From assembly GCF_006345805.1 (NCBI RefSeq), contig NC_043003.1:62868001-62932000 (forward strand): DNA of 64,000 nucleotides, written 5' to 3'. Origin of the DNA: Octopus sinensis (Eukaryota). Numbering within the stretch: the first letter of the stretch is position 1; every line of letters starts with the position of its first letter. This document shows, one piece after another, positions 39,401-52,105 of this stretch. A program made the position numbers and the translations under genes. The notes beneath the pieces were generated by a model, which worked only from the letters and a program-made list of their open reading frames with translations, was not told the origin of the DNA and searched no databases.

Positions 39401-42400
39401 GACCAGCAACAAACTTTTGCTGGTATCAACACTTTATAATTAATCAGATTTACTACAAAAAGCCTGGATAATCTAATTCAGTGGAAACACAAAGCAAAAG
39501 TAAACAGTCAGTTTGAAAGGAAATCAATTGACCAGAGATTATAGACTAGATCTAATCTGAAAATTATTTGGCACTGTGTAGAAAATAAACAGCAAAAAGG
39601 AAAAGTATTATAATGACATGTAACACTAACTTGAATTAGTTGCATAAGGTAATTCTAGTATCTAATCTAGTGATTTAGTGTTTAAAAATATATACTAACA
39701 TAGTCATCATAGCTTTGTTCCATGGGTGGTGGCACTTGTGGAGCAGGTGCTGCCCGACCTCTGCCAGCCGCCATACCCCCTCTTGGTGGACCACCTCTTG
39801 ATGGGGGTGTACCACGTCCTGCAGGAGCACCCCTCGTAGGAGGTGGAATAGCACCACCCCTGATAAAACAGAGAAAAAAAAAAGATAAATCAGAGATAAT
39901 CAGAAAATGTCTTAAGTACATAATATATTAAAAAAATTGAAACATGTCTGAATAAAAACTGTTTTAGTTTAATTATAAAAGACAAATGAAAACTAAAGGG
40001 CAGAGGAGAGAAAAACCAAGAAAAACTTCATTTTACCTGCCAGCGGGACCACCTCTTCCAGCAGGAGACGTTAGAAGACCACCCCGTGGTGCCCCTCGGG
40101 GCGTCTGTCCGGGAGCACCTCTGCCACGACCTCGACCACGACCACCATCACCACCATTTAAATACATCAATTCTTGAAGTTGCTGTTGACGGATTTCATC
40201 ATTGTAATCATTCTGCAACAGCAAAAATGTAGAATATACATAAAAAATAAAACAGCATGTGAATAACCAATAAGACAGAAATAAGTTTACAATCAATTAA
40301 TAAAAAAAAAAGGGGGAGGCGGAAGCTCCACAAAAAAAAGAAAACACTCAACTCACCGGAATTAAATACTTCTGTAATTCAGTGAAAGCATGTGCCATTC
40401 TTTGATATGCATCTGATGCTTCTGCATAAACTTCTACAAGAACATGAAGATCTTCATTTAAGTGGGTATATTTTCCACCTTTCTTTCTTAACTCATCTTC
40501 CTATGATTAAGAGAAACAAGTAATATTAAAATATCCGTCAATAGACCATACATACATGAGAAAGAAAAACAAACAAAACAAAAAAACTAGCTATTACTTG
40601 AATGGCTAAATGGTAATATTGGGAGGTGGCAAATAAATTCTTTCAATTTTATTTTTATTTTTTTCTACTGGGCACCCTATCATCGTGTCTGTAAAGGGGT
40701 AAACAACATTCGTCCAAATTTTAAAAATATACAGAAGTTGTAGAGGAATAAGAGTTAAAAAGAAAAAAAAAAACTTTAAAAGCACTATGATAAAAATATT
40801 CTTTGTATTAATTCAATTAACACTAAAAAGGGTCTAAATAGAATGAAGAAAAAAAACAACAAAAAACGAAGGAATTTATCTGACAACTTAATTTTGAAAA
40901 CAATGAGACACTACAAATTGACAATGAAAATTCAATAATTACTAAGTATTTTTTTAAAACACACAACATATAAATCACAATAATTCCAGTTAAAAGTAAT
41001 AAGGATAATTTAACCAATCTACCTACCTTATCTTTGTCTCTCATTGAACCTTTACCAAGTATAGACATTTTTGTCATTGTTTCTTCCTGTAGTCTTTTTA
41101 ACGAATTACCTTTTGGTCCTAATAACTTTCCCACAAAATTGAACTGAAGAGTATATAAAATCAGAATATATTACATTGGGTTCAATTTTATATCGATGAA
41201 TATCAGTTATAGATATTGTCCAGTCAAACAGAAACTGATAGGTCTAAGTACAAAGAATTTATTAACTTCGTACACTGCCAAGAAACATGCAGTCAAAAGT
41301 TACAGAAACCGCCGTGACATCTCTCCAAACCATTGGAATTCCTAACCGAAATCTTGCCAAAATTACTGACTAAACTAGTCCTAGTTTAAATGAAATGGTC
41401 ATAAAAATTATGTAAGAAAAGAATTTATAATACTATTTAACAAACCAAATAAACATTCTTAACTAAAATATTTAAATTCTGTTCCAAACGATAATATTAA
41501 GTGTTGCTAACATTTATAGTTTATCTACAATGTTTTGGACGAGATCTAAGTACTTTCTACACTTGAGAGAAATTTAAGATTTCTTTTTTAATATATTGTG
41601 AAATAATCCTCTTTCTGTATAAATTTATCCAAGTATAAGAGTTTAAAATTATTTTAAAACACGATCCTTAATTCAGATATTCAATTATTTGATTATTGCT
41701 GAACAGTGGCGAGAAAACGAAAACCGATACAGAATTAAAGACGGACACACACACACACAGAAAGTAATAACAATAATAAAATGAAAGTAACAACTAAAAT
41801 ACCTTGGGAAATTCTTTAACAGGAATCTTGATTTTACACGAGTGTTTGTATGGTTTTCCAGTGTGTATTTCAAAACATGGTATATTTTTTTCATCTTTTT
41901 GTGAACCAGCTGGTGCATTCCCTGATTGAACTCTTTCTATTTCTAAAGAACAGATTTCTAATAATCAGGTTACAAGTGGTTATCAGAAAATTAAAGAAGA
42001 GTATGTGTTTGTGGGTTTTTTCATTTAAAAAAAAAAAAACGAAAGAAAAAAAGTCAACAATTTAAACACTAAAATCAAACATTTAAAGTTCTAAGAAATA
42101 TTCATTGAAGCAAACAAAAAGTTTTCTCTATCCTGCAGGAAATACGCTAACAAAATACGAGAAAGTATTTGCAAAAGACACAAAAAAGTGTAAAACATCA
42201 TCGAAGATTTATATAAAGTTTGCAATAAAATAGCCAGTGCTTACCTGAAATGAGCAACATAGATTAGCTATAAGTTAAAGAGTATCCGATCAAAACACAC
42301 AGCTTGCTTCAACAGACACGGAAATAGTGACTGCTTATTTATCAAGCTTCGTTGAGAAGATGTTGATGTGTAAGTTGGCAGACAATCAATGAAGGTGTGT

Positions 42401-45400
42401 AAAAGTTTACGTGAGCGGTGATAGCCTTGTGTCAGCATCAAATCTTGAAAGGCAGGCGTGCGTGATAAGGAAGCTAGTCTATTAAGAGACGAGTAGTGCT
42501 TTTCCTCAAGGGTTACACACTTGCAGCCAGCAGCACTGCAAGATTACCTCTCTCCGCTGTAAAATACTGCAGTCGCACGCAAGCGGGCATCTACAACACA
42601 CACTGGCTAACTAAAGCTTAAAAAAAAAAAATACTATATACATATGTGTATATATATATATGTATATTTATATACGTATGTATATCACTGTTCGAGTGTA
42701 TTAAAAGGCTGAAGTGTCACATACGGCAAGCTGGTTGAGATTTATACAAAAATTATAACGGAAGCAGATTAACCTCTTTTATTTTATTAATATATAGATA
42801 TACGAGTATGTGGGTGTGTGTGTGTAAGCGAGTGCGCGTGTGAGTATGCGTGTTAGCTATGGTTGTTTATATAGCAGTGTACCTGCGGAAGAGCAGATAG
42901 TTGGTTGGAAATAAATAAAAACACTCAAAAGAAAATGAGTGAATGAATGAGTAAAAAAAAAGTGAACATTCGCAGTTAACCAGAGCTTTATATATAGATG
43001 TGTATGCATGTACGTACACACACACACATATATACACGCATAACAGTGGAAGAAGAGACAGAGCGAGCGAGTGATGGAGAGAGAGAGAGAGAACGTTGAT
43101 GCGCTGCATTAACGGCTGATGATGATCGGTGAATGTACTACGTACGGAAGGGCTACAACAATAATAACAGCATCATCTCTTCCTCCTCCTCCTCCTTCTG
43201 CTCTTCACCGCCACCGCCGCCACCACCGTCGTCGTCAGGAGTGCAACGGCGACCACCGTGCTGCACACACAGCCAGGAAATAGTAGGATTACTATTAACC
43301 ATAACGGAACGGTGCCGTCAAAAATGACGGATGATAATAAGAAGAATTCTTAATCACACACATTCTTTTAAAGATTTCGGCTTTTTCTTGTATTTTCTTT
43401 ACGGGGGAAGGTGAGGGGGGAAGAGTTTCACCGTTCGATCTCTGTTCTTTTTCTTTCTTTCTCTCTCACTGATGTGGGAGGAAGTAAAATGAATTAAATT
43501 ACATAGGGAAATAACGATAGGGGACAAATTTCGCTGGGATTCTTCCTACTACATTAAACAACACATATTTATAGTCAAGGGAAGAAGGATAAACCGTGTA
43601 GAGGACCAAATTTTATTGCATTTTCTTCATTTTTTTTTTATATTTTCAAATCTAAATTGTTCTCAGAATGAAATGGAAGGCAATTATTAAATTTTAAATT
43701 ACACACTTTCGCCTTTCTTCTTTTGAACAATGATTTTCTTAGGAAAAAATTGAAGATATTTAAATATTTGTTTTGATTAAAAATAGATTATCAGACTACC
43801 AACATACATATATATACAGATAAATAGAAAGATAGAGATATGTGGCATAACTACACAAGTGTGCCCCTGTTCACACACGTTTATACATATACATTTATGA
43901 CATGACTATACAAGTGTGCCTTCATCTGTGCGTATATATATGGGTGAATGTATGTATAAATACACATATCTAAATTACACACACACACATATATACATAC
44001 ACATATATATACATACACATACATATATATACATACACATACATACATATACATACATATACATACATATACATACATACATATACATACATATACATAC
44101 ATACATATACATACATATACATACATACATATACATACATATACATACATACATATACATACATACATATACATACATACATACATACATACACATACAT
44201 ATATATATACATACACACACATATATATATACATACACACACATATATATACATACACACACATATATATACATACACACACACATATATATACATACAC
44301 ACACATATATATATACATACACACACATATATATACATACACACACATATATATATATACATACACACATATATATACACATACACACATATATATACAC
44401 ATACACACATATATATATATATATATACATACACATATATATATACATACACATATATATACATACACATATATATATACATACACATATATATACATAC
44501 ACATATATATATACATACACATATATATATACATACACACATATATATATATATATACATACACATATATATATACATACACATATACATACATACACAT
44601 ATACATACATACACATATACATACATATACATATACATACATATACATATACATACATATACATACACATACATACATATATACACACATATATATATAC
44701 ACACATATATATATACACATATATACACATATATATACATACACATATATACACATATATATATACATACACATATATACACATATATATATACATACAC
44801 ATATATACACATATATATATACATACATATACACACACACATATATATACATATATATTAATACATATATATATATACATATATGCATACATATTTATAC
44901 ATATACATATATGCATACATATTTATACATATATATACATACACATATATAAATACACATATATAAATACACAGAAGAACAAAGGACACACGTGGCGGCG
45001 TTGAAAAAGATTCCAGAAAAAGTATATACACATTTTATTTTATTTATTCATTCCAGAGTGAATGTATAATGAAAATGCGTCGATTGCACTTCGAAAAAGT
45101 GATCAAACATTTATGAATCTAACGTCAAAAGCCATTATTGTATCGCTCTTGATTTCCAGGTGTCCATAAAACAAGGTTGAAGAGACAAGAGTGGAAGAGA
45201 CAAGGCATTTCATAAGAACAAGCAGCTTAGGTGACATTCAATGAACACCATCGACTGTCGGTCAATGCTTTTGGTTGATTGATAAAATATAGAGGAGCTA
45301 AGGCAGCAGAGAAGAGATAAATGTAAGGAAGAAGCACTGGGAGACGACAGACAGTAAACTGCTATGACAGTTATAGCAGCGGAGAGCCGCCACATCTCCT

Positions 45401-46200
45401 CTCAAAAACAACATTCTACCAAAATTATTTTACAAAATAAGTCAGCCATTTTAGAAAATTTTCGACAGATACTTCGTGATGCTTATCATAGTTTCAATAA
45501 ATATGAATAATAAACATAAAGCAAGTGGGGATTTGAAAGAAAGAAAAAAAAACGGGAAATAGGGAAGCAGATGAAAAAAAAAAAATCTAAATGAATAAAA
45601 CTAGGTTATAGATAGCCATGTGCGAGATAACGAGATCAGTCATGTTTACTGCATGTTCTGGCAGAATTCGTTAGAGAAAAATGTTCAAATTTGTGATTTA
45701 TTTACTCAATATTGAAGACAACATGTAGGAAGGTGATAACTTAAATATAAGATGGAGACTGGGTCACGCCGATCGGAAAAAAAACAGCATGACTGAATAC
45801 AACGCTGTAGTTGTCGTGTTCTGTGATGAATAAAGTATAATATTTACACCTTAGCTTAACCACCAAGCCATTTGCTAGCCTTTCGTATTAATATCGGCTA
45901 TTAGTAGGAAGATAAAGAGTATATAAGCTGCCAGAACAATCTATTTCATCTACTATCAGTTAGAACATAAATGAAATGACAAGCAGTATACCGGTAAATA
46001 TGGCCGACCTCAGTCTCATACAAGCAATATGGACCATTATAACAGCAACTATCACATAAAAAAAGATAATATTATTACATACCTTCAGTTATTAATCGAG
46101 CAGCATGAGAAGAGGGAGAAAGTGATGTAACTTCGGCTTGAAGTTCATCAAGATATGTATTGTTTTGCATCTGTTGTTGAGCGTCTTCTTCAACCATCAT
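36381..46200 (-). CDS. KHDRBS: KH domain-containing, RNA-binding, signal transduction-associated protein (Sam68/SLM-like STAR protein), 9 coding exons, 1104 nt, 367 aa
   Basis: Manual splicing of 9 GT-AG exons (118+140+117+144+176+160+83+53+113 nt) gives one uninterrupted frame. It contains QUA1 ([26 protein letters not shown]), maxi-KH ([36 protein letters not shown]), QUA2 ([19 protein letters not shown]), RGG/Pro-rich and Tyr-rich regions, and a C-terminal RSHPY PY-NLS-like motif. Which paralog (KHDRBS1/2/3) cannot be assigned. Confidence 0.95.
37506..37558 (-). CDS. KHDRBS: KHDRBS coding exon 8 (Tyr-rich)
   Basis: Acceptor ccttcatag; [17 protein letters not shown]; donor G|gtgagt, phase 1. 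Confidence 0.9.
39114..39196 (-). CDS. KHDRBS: KHDRBS coding exon 7 (Tyr-rich)
   Basis: Acceptor tttccacag; [27 protein letters not shown]; donor GT|gtaagt, phase 2. Confidence 0.9.
39700..39859 (-). CDS. KHDRBS: KHDRBS coding exon 6 (RG/Pro-rich)
   Basis: Acceptor ttttatcag; [16 protein letters not shown]...[11 protein letters not shown]; donor TAT|gttagt. Confidence 0.93.
40037..40212 (-). CDS. KHDRBS: KHDRBS coding exon 5 (QUA2 + RGG)
   Basis: Acceptor gctgttgcag; [32 protein letters not shown]...GGPAG; donor AG|gtaaaa, phase 2. Confidence 0.95.
40357..40500 (-). CDS. KHDRBS: KHDRBS coding exon 4
   Basis: Acceptor aatcatag; [48 protein letters not shown]; donor CCG|gtgagt. Confidence 0.96.
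41027..41143 (-). CDS. KHDRBS: KHDRBS coding exon 3 (KH core, GxxG loop GPKG)
   Basis: Acceptor ctcttcag; [39 protein letters not shown]; donor AAG|gtaggt. Confidence 0.97.
41803..41942 (-). CDS. KHDRBS: KHDRBS coding exon 2
   Basis: Acceptor tgttctttag; (E)[46 protein letters not shown]; donor AAG|gtattt. Confidence 0.92.
43955..44970. repeat. About 1 kb (TA/CA)n microsatellite in KHDRBS intron 1
   Basis: Direct inspection; source of the spurious 290-362 aa ORFs. Confidence 0.97.
46083..46200 (-). CDS. KHDRBS: KHDRBS coding exon 1 (QUA1)
   Basis: ATG at 46200; [39 protein letters not shown]; donor G|gtatgt, phase 1. Confidence 0.9.
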
Positions 46201-46467
46201 TGCAACGGTACGTAGTAATAAGCCGAAGGAATTAAACACACTACTTGTGCAAAGCTTTGTTGTAGTAATTTATATATCCGAATTACAACTACAGTAAGCT
46301 GTCGCGATTGTATAAAATCCGTTATTATTTAGCACACAACGGAAAGCTGTTGTAAATATACAATTAGAATTTTGGTATTTATATTAGTGACAATATAGTA
46401 ATTCTATTACTGCAAAGTATTGTATAAGATTAATTAAAATTAAACGGCGAATGAATACACTGACTAT

Positions 46468-46559
46468 TTTCCCGCCATTTCCAGAGCGCGATACTTGCAT
46501 TACCAAGTGTAAATAGGGGCCCCTTGGTAGGAAAAAGGTTCAAATCAAACCGCCATCTT
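46468..46559 (-). promoter_or_regulatory. Putative KHDRBS core promoter/5'UTR motifs: two YY1-type sites and an overlapping E2F-type site
   Basis: CCGCCATCTT (46550-46559) and CCGCCATTT (46472-46480), i.e. ATGGCGG cores on the gene strand; TTTCCCGC at 46468-46475; about 270-360 bp upstream of the ATG. Confidence 0.55.
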
Positions 46560-47480
46560 CTGTGGCTATTTAACTATTGAAATCTCTGTTCTTCAATAAA
46601 AATTTGCAATGACCTTATCGGGAAATAAATGAATAAATTATTAGTAGTAGTCATGTTGTAAATAAAATGTTCCTTGTTTATATTTTGGCAACTGAACATC
46701 AGGATTATGAGTTAATAAAATTTACTGTTGAATTTTTCCCAATAAAATATTAAAGTTTTTTTTTTTTTATTATTATATTTCGTTTAATTTCCAACAATAT
46801 GTTCAATTTCGATCTTTGATTGTGGAAGTGTATGAATTTCTGGAAAGATGATATATAGTACTTTGAAGAATTTTGGAGACTGAACTGGTTTCCATATATT
46901 AGCTGCAAGGGGGAAAAAAATAATAAAGCTGGAAATAGAGATTGTTTATTTGTTATATAGTCTTTTTCTATTTATTTATTCTGATTCTGTGTTTATTCTG
47001 AAGAAAATAGAAAGAATACAGGAGATGGAATGTTTTCTGTGAGAACTGCAACTGCAACTAGAGTTATATAAGATGTGTGGCAGTCATGTGGCAGCATTCA
47101 GTCTCAACTTGAGCAATTGATGGTAACTCGCAACAATGAGGAATATATTCGGAAGAAAAAAATAAATAAATAAACTAATTATATTAGAAGAAATATTATT
47201 CAGAAACTAAATTACAATTTCTATTGTAAATTCTTTCAATTCTTCTGACCATGGAGAAATTAATTTCAAATTTGCTTTTGTTATAAAGCAATTATAGTTT
47301 TTAAACTTTTACTACATCATATCTTTTCCAATAAAATATACAGATTTATGAGTTTCAATTAATTTTGAATATATTTAAGAATTTAACCATGTGGTGAAAA
47401 ATGTGCTCTTCTTCACATATATGTAATTTTGGTTTTCATCTGATTGTATGGTGCCTTGATTAAGTGTCTTTCTCCATAAC

Positions 47481-47637
47481 CAGGGGCGGACTGAGAGTAT
47501 TAAAGGCCCTTGGGCATAACTGTTTATCAGGCCCCTTAGCATTGATATTAGTAGAGTTAACATCTAGAGTGCGGGGCCCCTCAGAGCTTCTGGCCCTCAG
47601 GCAGTGCCCAATTGACTGAAGGCTCATTCCGCCCCTG
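47481..47637. mobile_element. hAT-type MITE (157 bp)
   Basis: TIRs CAGGGGCGGA / TCCGCCCCTG with a perfect 8-bp TSD TCCATAAC (47473-47480 and 47638-47645). Confidence 0.92.
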
Positions 47638-48476
47638 TCCATAACCTTGAATTAAGTGTTGTGAAAGAAATTTTGTTATGGGGAAATGTGTAGAATTCTG
47701 CTAAATGTACCATTGCTGTTTTTTTAGTATAAGACTTTATTGTCCTGCTTAACCATGATAACTTAATACAATATTGAATATATTCAGAAGTTATGAAATA
47801 CAAATAAAATTAATATTATTCAGAAGTTTTCTAAATTACAATTTCTATCATTTATAAGTTGTTACAATACTTGGGACCAAAGTAAAATTTCAAATTTTAA
47901 AATTCTCTTACATAGCAGTTATACTTTTTAAACTTTTTCTATATATTATATTTTAAACGTTCCATGGCCATATTTGCAATAAAATATAAAGTTCTAAGTT
48001 GTTTGCATCTTAGAAATTTAGAATCTATGAGAGATATGAAATAATTAATTTTGAGAAATGGAATTTGAATTAGATAAGATTATAAATGTAAAATATTGGT
48101 TTTAGATTTTGGTACAAGGCCAGCAATTTTGGGGGAGGAAGTAAGCTGATCACATCATCCCCAGTGTTCGGCTGGTACCTGTTTCATTGACCCTGAAAGG
48201 ATGAAAGCAAAGTCAAACCTGGTGGAATTTTACCACAGAACACAAAGGCAGGTGAAATGCCACTAAGCGTTTTGCCTGGCATGCTAATGGTTCTGACTGC
48301 TTACCAACTTACAAACATGTAAAATATTGGACTAAAAAAAAAACCCTTTGGAAAGAAAAAGTCGAAGAGCAACCGTTATCTACTTAGAGCTACATTCCAA
48401 AGATGGGGCTTTGTATCTTTGTCAGAAACCAGCTCGTTCTTCCGAGGAACAATTTAAATGATTAAATACAGAAGAG

Positions 48477-48513
<37 letters not shown>

Positions 48514-49397
48514 TACATTATGGCTGCCCCCTTGTTATCGAGTATGGCCATTGCACGAAGCTTAATTGTTACTGGTGCTGTGATCGAATGTGACTTCTCA
48601 GCCCAGCTAACGATCTACAATGTCTTGTACAAAATTGGCAACTAAAACCTTTACTGGTAATAGCTGGCTGTAGTTGTAACTGGGCTTCATGTACCTTTGC
48701 ATGTCGTTTAAGTCCTCCTGCCGAATTACACTTTCATACATATATACATACATACATACATACATACATACATGATGGCTGCCTACTCATTAGATGAGTA
48801 TGACCATCACTGACAGGGAGTGTTGGCAATGCCCATGCAAGTGCAACTTGCACAACACTACAATGACCCTCACTAAGAATACCAAGAAGGTCAGAGACAA
48901 GCAAAGTGCAAAATATCTGGATCAGTAGAGCAGTAGGAAGGCCAGAGGTCCCTCATTCCCAGTGGGCTTACTGCATCCTTGGGCTTCAAACAGAGCATTT
49001 CTACATCCTGGTATACATACATCCGTATATATGTACATACACATACATACACACACATACACATACATGCATACATATACACATACAGCCTGCACCAGGC
49101 CAGTCAGATCTGGCAGTGTTTCTACAGCTGGATGCCCGTTAGGAAGGGCATCCAGCTGTAGAAACACTGCCAGATCTGACTGGCCTGGTGCAGCCTTCGG
49201 GCTTGCCAGACCCCAGTTGAACCGTCCAACCCATGCTAGCATGGAAAGCGGACGTTAAACGATGATGATGATGATGATGATACATATTCATACATACATA
49301 CATACATGCACACTCATACATACACACACATACATGCACACACACACATACATGCAACCAAACATATACACACATACATACATACATACATACATAA

Positions 49398-49772
49398 TGG
49401 AGATGCAATGGCCCAGCGGTTAGGGCAGTGGACTCGTGGTATAGGATTGCGGTTTCCCAGACCGGGCATTGTGAGTGTTTATTGAGAGAAAACACCTAAA
49501 GCTCCACGAGGCTCCGGTAGGGGGTGGTGGTGAACCCTACTGTACTCTTATCCTACAACTTTCTCTCACTCTTTCTTCCTGTTTCTGTTGTACTGTATTT
49601 CAAAGGGACAGCCTTATCACAGTCTGTGTCACGCTGAATCTCCCTGACAATTACGTTAAGGGTACATGTGTCTGTGGAGTGCTCAGCCACTTGCACGTTA
49701 ATTTCACGAGCAGGCTGTTCCGTTGATCGGATCAGCTGGAACCCTTGTCATCGTAACCGATGGAGTGCCACA
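49398..49772 (+). mobile_element. tRNA(Arg)-like SINE
   Basis: GGAGATGCAATGGCCCAGCGGTTAGGGCAGTGGACTCG head with A box and TCG-like anticodon region; B box partly deleted; ends in (TACA)n. Confidence 0.65.
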
Positions 49773-50364
49773 TACATACATACATACATACATGACCCTT
49801 TTATTTAGCAACATCAGCAAATGATCTCTGAGTCATGCTAAGATGACTATGTTTTGCTGATGAGAACCAATAAGACTGAAACATATCTGTTACTTTCACC
49901 AGTAGGTTTACACAGAAGGTACATTCTTGATGACATTGTGTCTATTTTCCAAAACTTGGGATTAGCTAATTATTGAAGTTATCTCTCTTGTTATTATTTT
50001 CTCCTAATTTTTTTAATAACATTTCTTTTACTAGTTTTGACCTTTATACTGTGGTCATGCTGTAGCTCCAGCTTGAAGGGTTCAGTTGCCCAAATCAACT
50101 AAAGCCTGGTCCTTATTTCTATCAGCCACTAAATTATTGGAATCAACTGACGGCTGTGATGGAACAGACAGAGACTAAGGCAAACACATACACACATACA
50201 CTACACACATGCATGCATGCACGCACACACACACACACGTAAACACACACATGCATGCATGCACACACACACACACGTAAACACACACACGCACACACAC
50301 ACACATATGTCTTCTGTCTGTCTGCTGTTTATATATATATGTATGTGTGTATATTCAAGAGTAA

Positions 50365-50695
50365 AGGGTAATCACCCACTTCTGTCATGAATAACCATGT
50401 GATTGCACCAAGAAAGTTACCCTCCAAGGCACAAATCTGGGCAAGGTTGTTTATGGAAGACCAGCAGTCCCCCATGCATATCAGCTTCCCCTTCCTGTAC
50501 CACTGATGTTATCCAAAAGAAAGGCAAAGACCAATACAGCTTGGCACCAGTGACGTTGTACTCATTTCTACAGCTGAATGAACAGGAGCAATGTGAAATA
50601 AAGTGTCTTGCTCAAGAACGCAAAGCACAGCCCGGTCTGGGAGTTGAACTCACTACCTCTTGATTGTGAACCCAGCACTCTAGTCACAGAGCCAT
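50365..50695 (-). mobile_element. tRNA-derived SINE (further family)
   Basis: Minus strand ATGGCTCTGTGACTAGAGTGC...GAGTTCAACTCCC (A/B boxes) followed by GTTCTTGAGCAAGACACTT. Confidence 0.65.
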
Positions 50696-51352
50696 ATATA
50701 TATATAGGGAGAATTAACAAAAGACAAAGACAGGTGGTTTAGACAACAAACAGATGTATTAGTATAATGCTCGGGAAGCAAAAAAGTCGTTAATGTTTCA
50801 AGCCTACGCTCTTCCACAGAAAGAAACGAGGAGAGAAAATAAAGAATGTGTAGTGGCTAGCAATCTATCATGGTGATATATATAGGGCAATAAGAAAATG
50901 GAGGGGATCAATAGGTGGTATTCATCAACTTTTAGACATTATATTATGTCAATTTATTTATTTATTTATTTACTAAAATGACAATTACAATAATATACAT
51001 ACATGTATAACATATTATGCTTTACATATATAATATATAAAGATACCAGTAATTATTAAAATATATAACATACAGGAATAGAAATTGGGAAAGTATCTTA
51101 CAGCTGTTTCAGTCAAGAAGCAATATATATATATGTGTGTGTGTGTATATATATATAATACAAATAATAAAATGGATAAACATATTTGGTTTGTCCATCA
51201 ACTTACGGATACTATAATGTTGGATTATTTATTCATTTTACAAATGAGAACATCAAAAGCATACAAAAATATTATATAAATCAATAGATAAGATAATAAT
51301 ACAAATACAGATTTTAAAAGTCATATTATAAATTAATGAAATCCTAAAAATT

Positions 51353-51491
51353 ACCTCTTACAGCTGTTTCAGCCTATGGTCAAAAGTGAATCTAATTTTC
51401 GTTGCCTATAGATATCAACATACTAAGGTTGTAGGCATTTAAAAAATATAATACTTATATGTTAAAAAAAACCATAGGCCTCGTCAGAGGT
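51353..51491 (-). ncRNA. Type I hammerhead ribozyme motif with a 90-nt insertion in stem II
   Basis: ACCT-CTGACGA-GGCCTATGGT-(90 nt)-ACCATAGGCT-GAAA-CAGCTG-TA-AGAGGT; stem I imperfect; a second 3' half-motif GAAACAGCTGTAAGA at about 51096-51110. Confidence 0.7.
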
Positions 51492-51589
51492 TATAATTAA
51501 CTTTAACAATATTAATAATAATATTAATATACTAAACATGATGCACTTATTACATAATATATAAAAATAAACAATAAACAAATATCCAA

Positions 51590-51629
<40 letters not shown>

Positions 51630-52105
51630 GCGCAAAATATATTAATGAACACCGTTAAACAATACATTACATTGGATATACCATACGTCATTTACATACA
51701 TAAATACATTAGAACATATACACACTACTATGCTTATCAGTAACAACAATATTATTGTATTAACAATAATCTTCAACAGATCTTACATACTATAATAATG
51801 TCTACTAATATATAAAAAAAATCACGATACAAGATTCAATATATATATATATATATATATATATTCATACATATACATATATGCGCATACAAAATTACAA
51901 GCGTATCTCGTTTGTAGAAAACATAAATCCGGAGAAGAAGCACACTCTAAGATGTAGAGTAGTATAATGTTCCACTGGGAAAGGCTGATTTATGAGATTA
52001 TCTTGGGTTTCCCGTCATAAAGGGTTTAACTTTATGGCGTCTCATCAGTTAAACCCTTTATGGATGGAAACCCAGGGTAATCCCATAAACTGGCCTTTTC
52101 CAGTG

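Noticed and set aside
39722-40177. Plus-strand Pro/Gly-rich ORFs
   Set aside because: Antisense shadows of the GC-rich KHDRBS exons 5 and 6.
43133-43327. 64-aa Ser/Pro-rich ORF on the plus strand
   Set aside because: Low-complexity trinucleotide runs with no domain or supporting splice structure.
43881-45004. ORFs of 290-362 aa (YI/HT/CV-rich), and similar ORFs at 7107-7972, 10891-11478 and 58342-58788
   Set aside because: Translations of TA/CA microsatellites, open in many frames on both strands; not genes.
49398-49470. tRNA-like sequences here and at SINE A heads
   Set aside because: No complete cloverleaf; they continue into SINE bodies and tails, so they are SINE heads.
49855-49895. 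CTGATGA...GAAAC hammerhead-like spacing (also CTGATGA at 18824 and 26255)
   Set aside because: Stem I and/or stem II cannot be paired convincingly.
50785-50820. Minus-strand GGAAGAGCGTAGGCTTGAAAC motif in a TA-flanked element
   Set aside because: Lacks the CUGA core; possibly a degenerate PLE terminus but not callable as a ribozyme.
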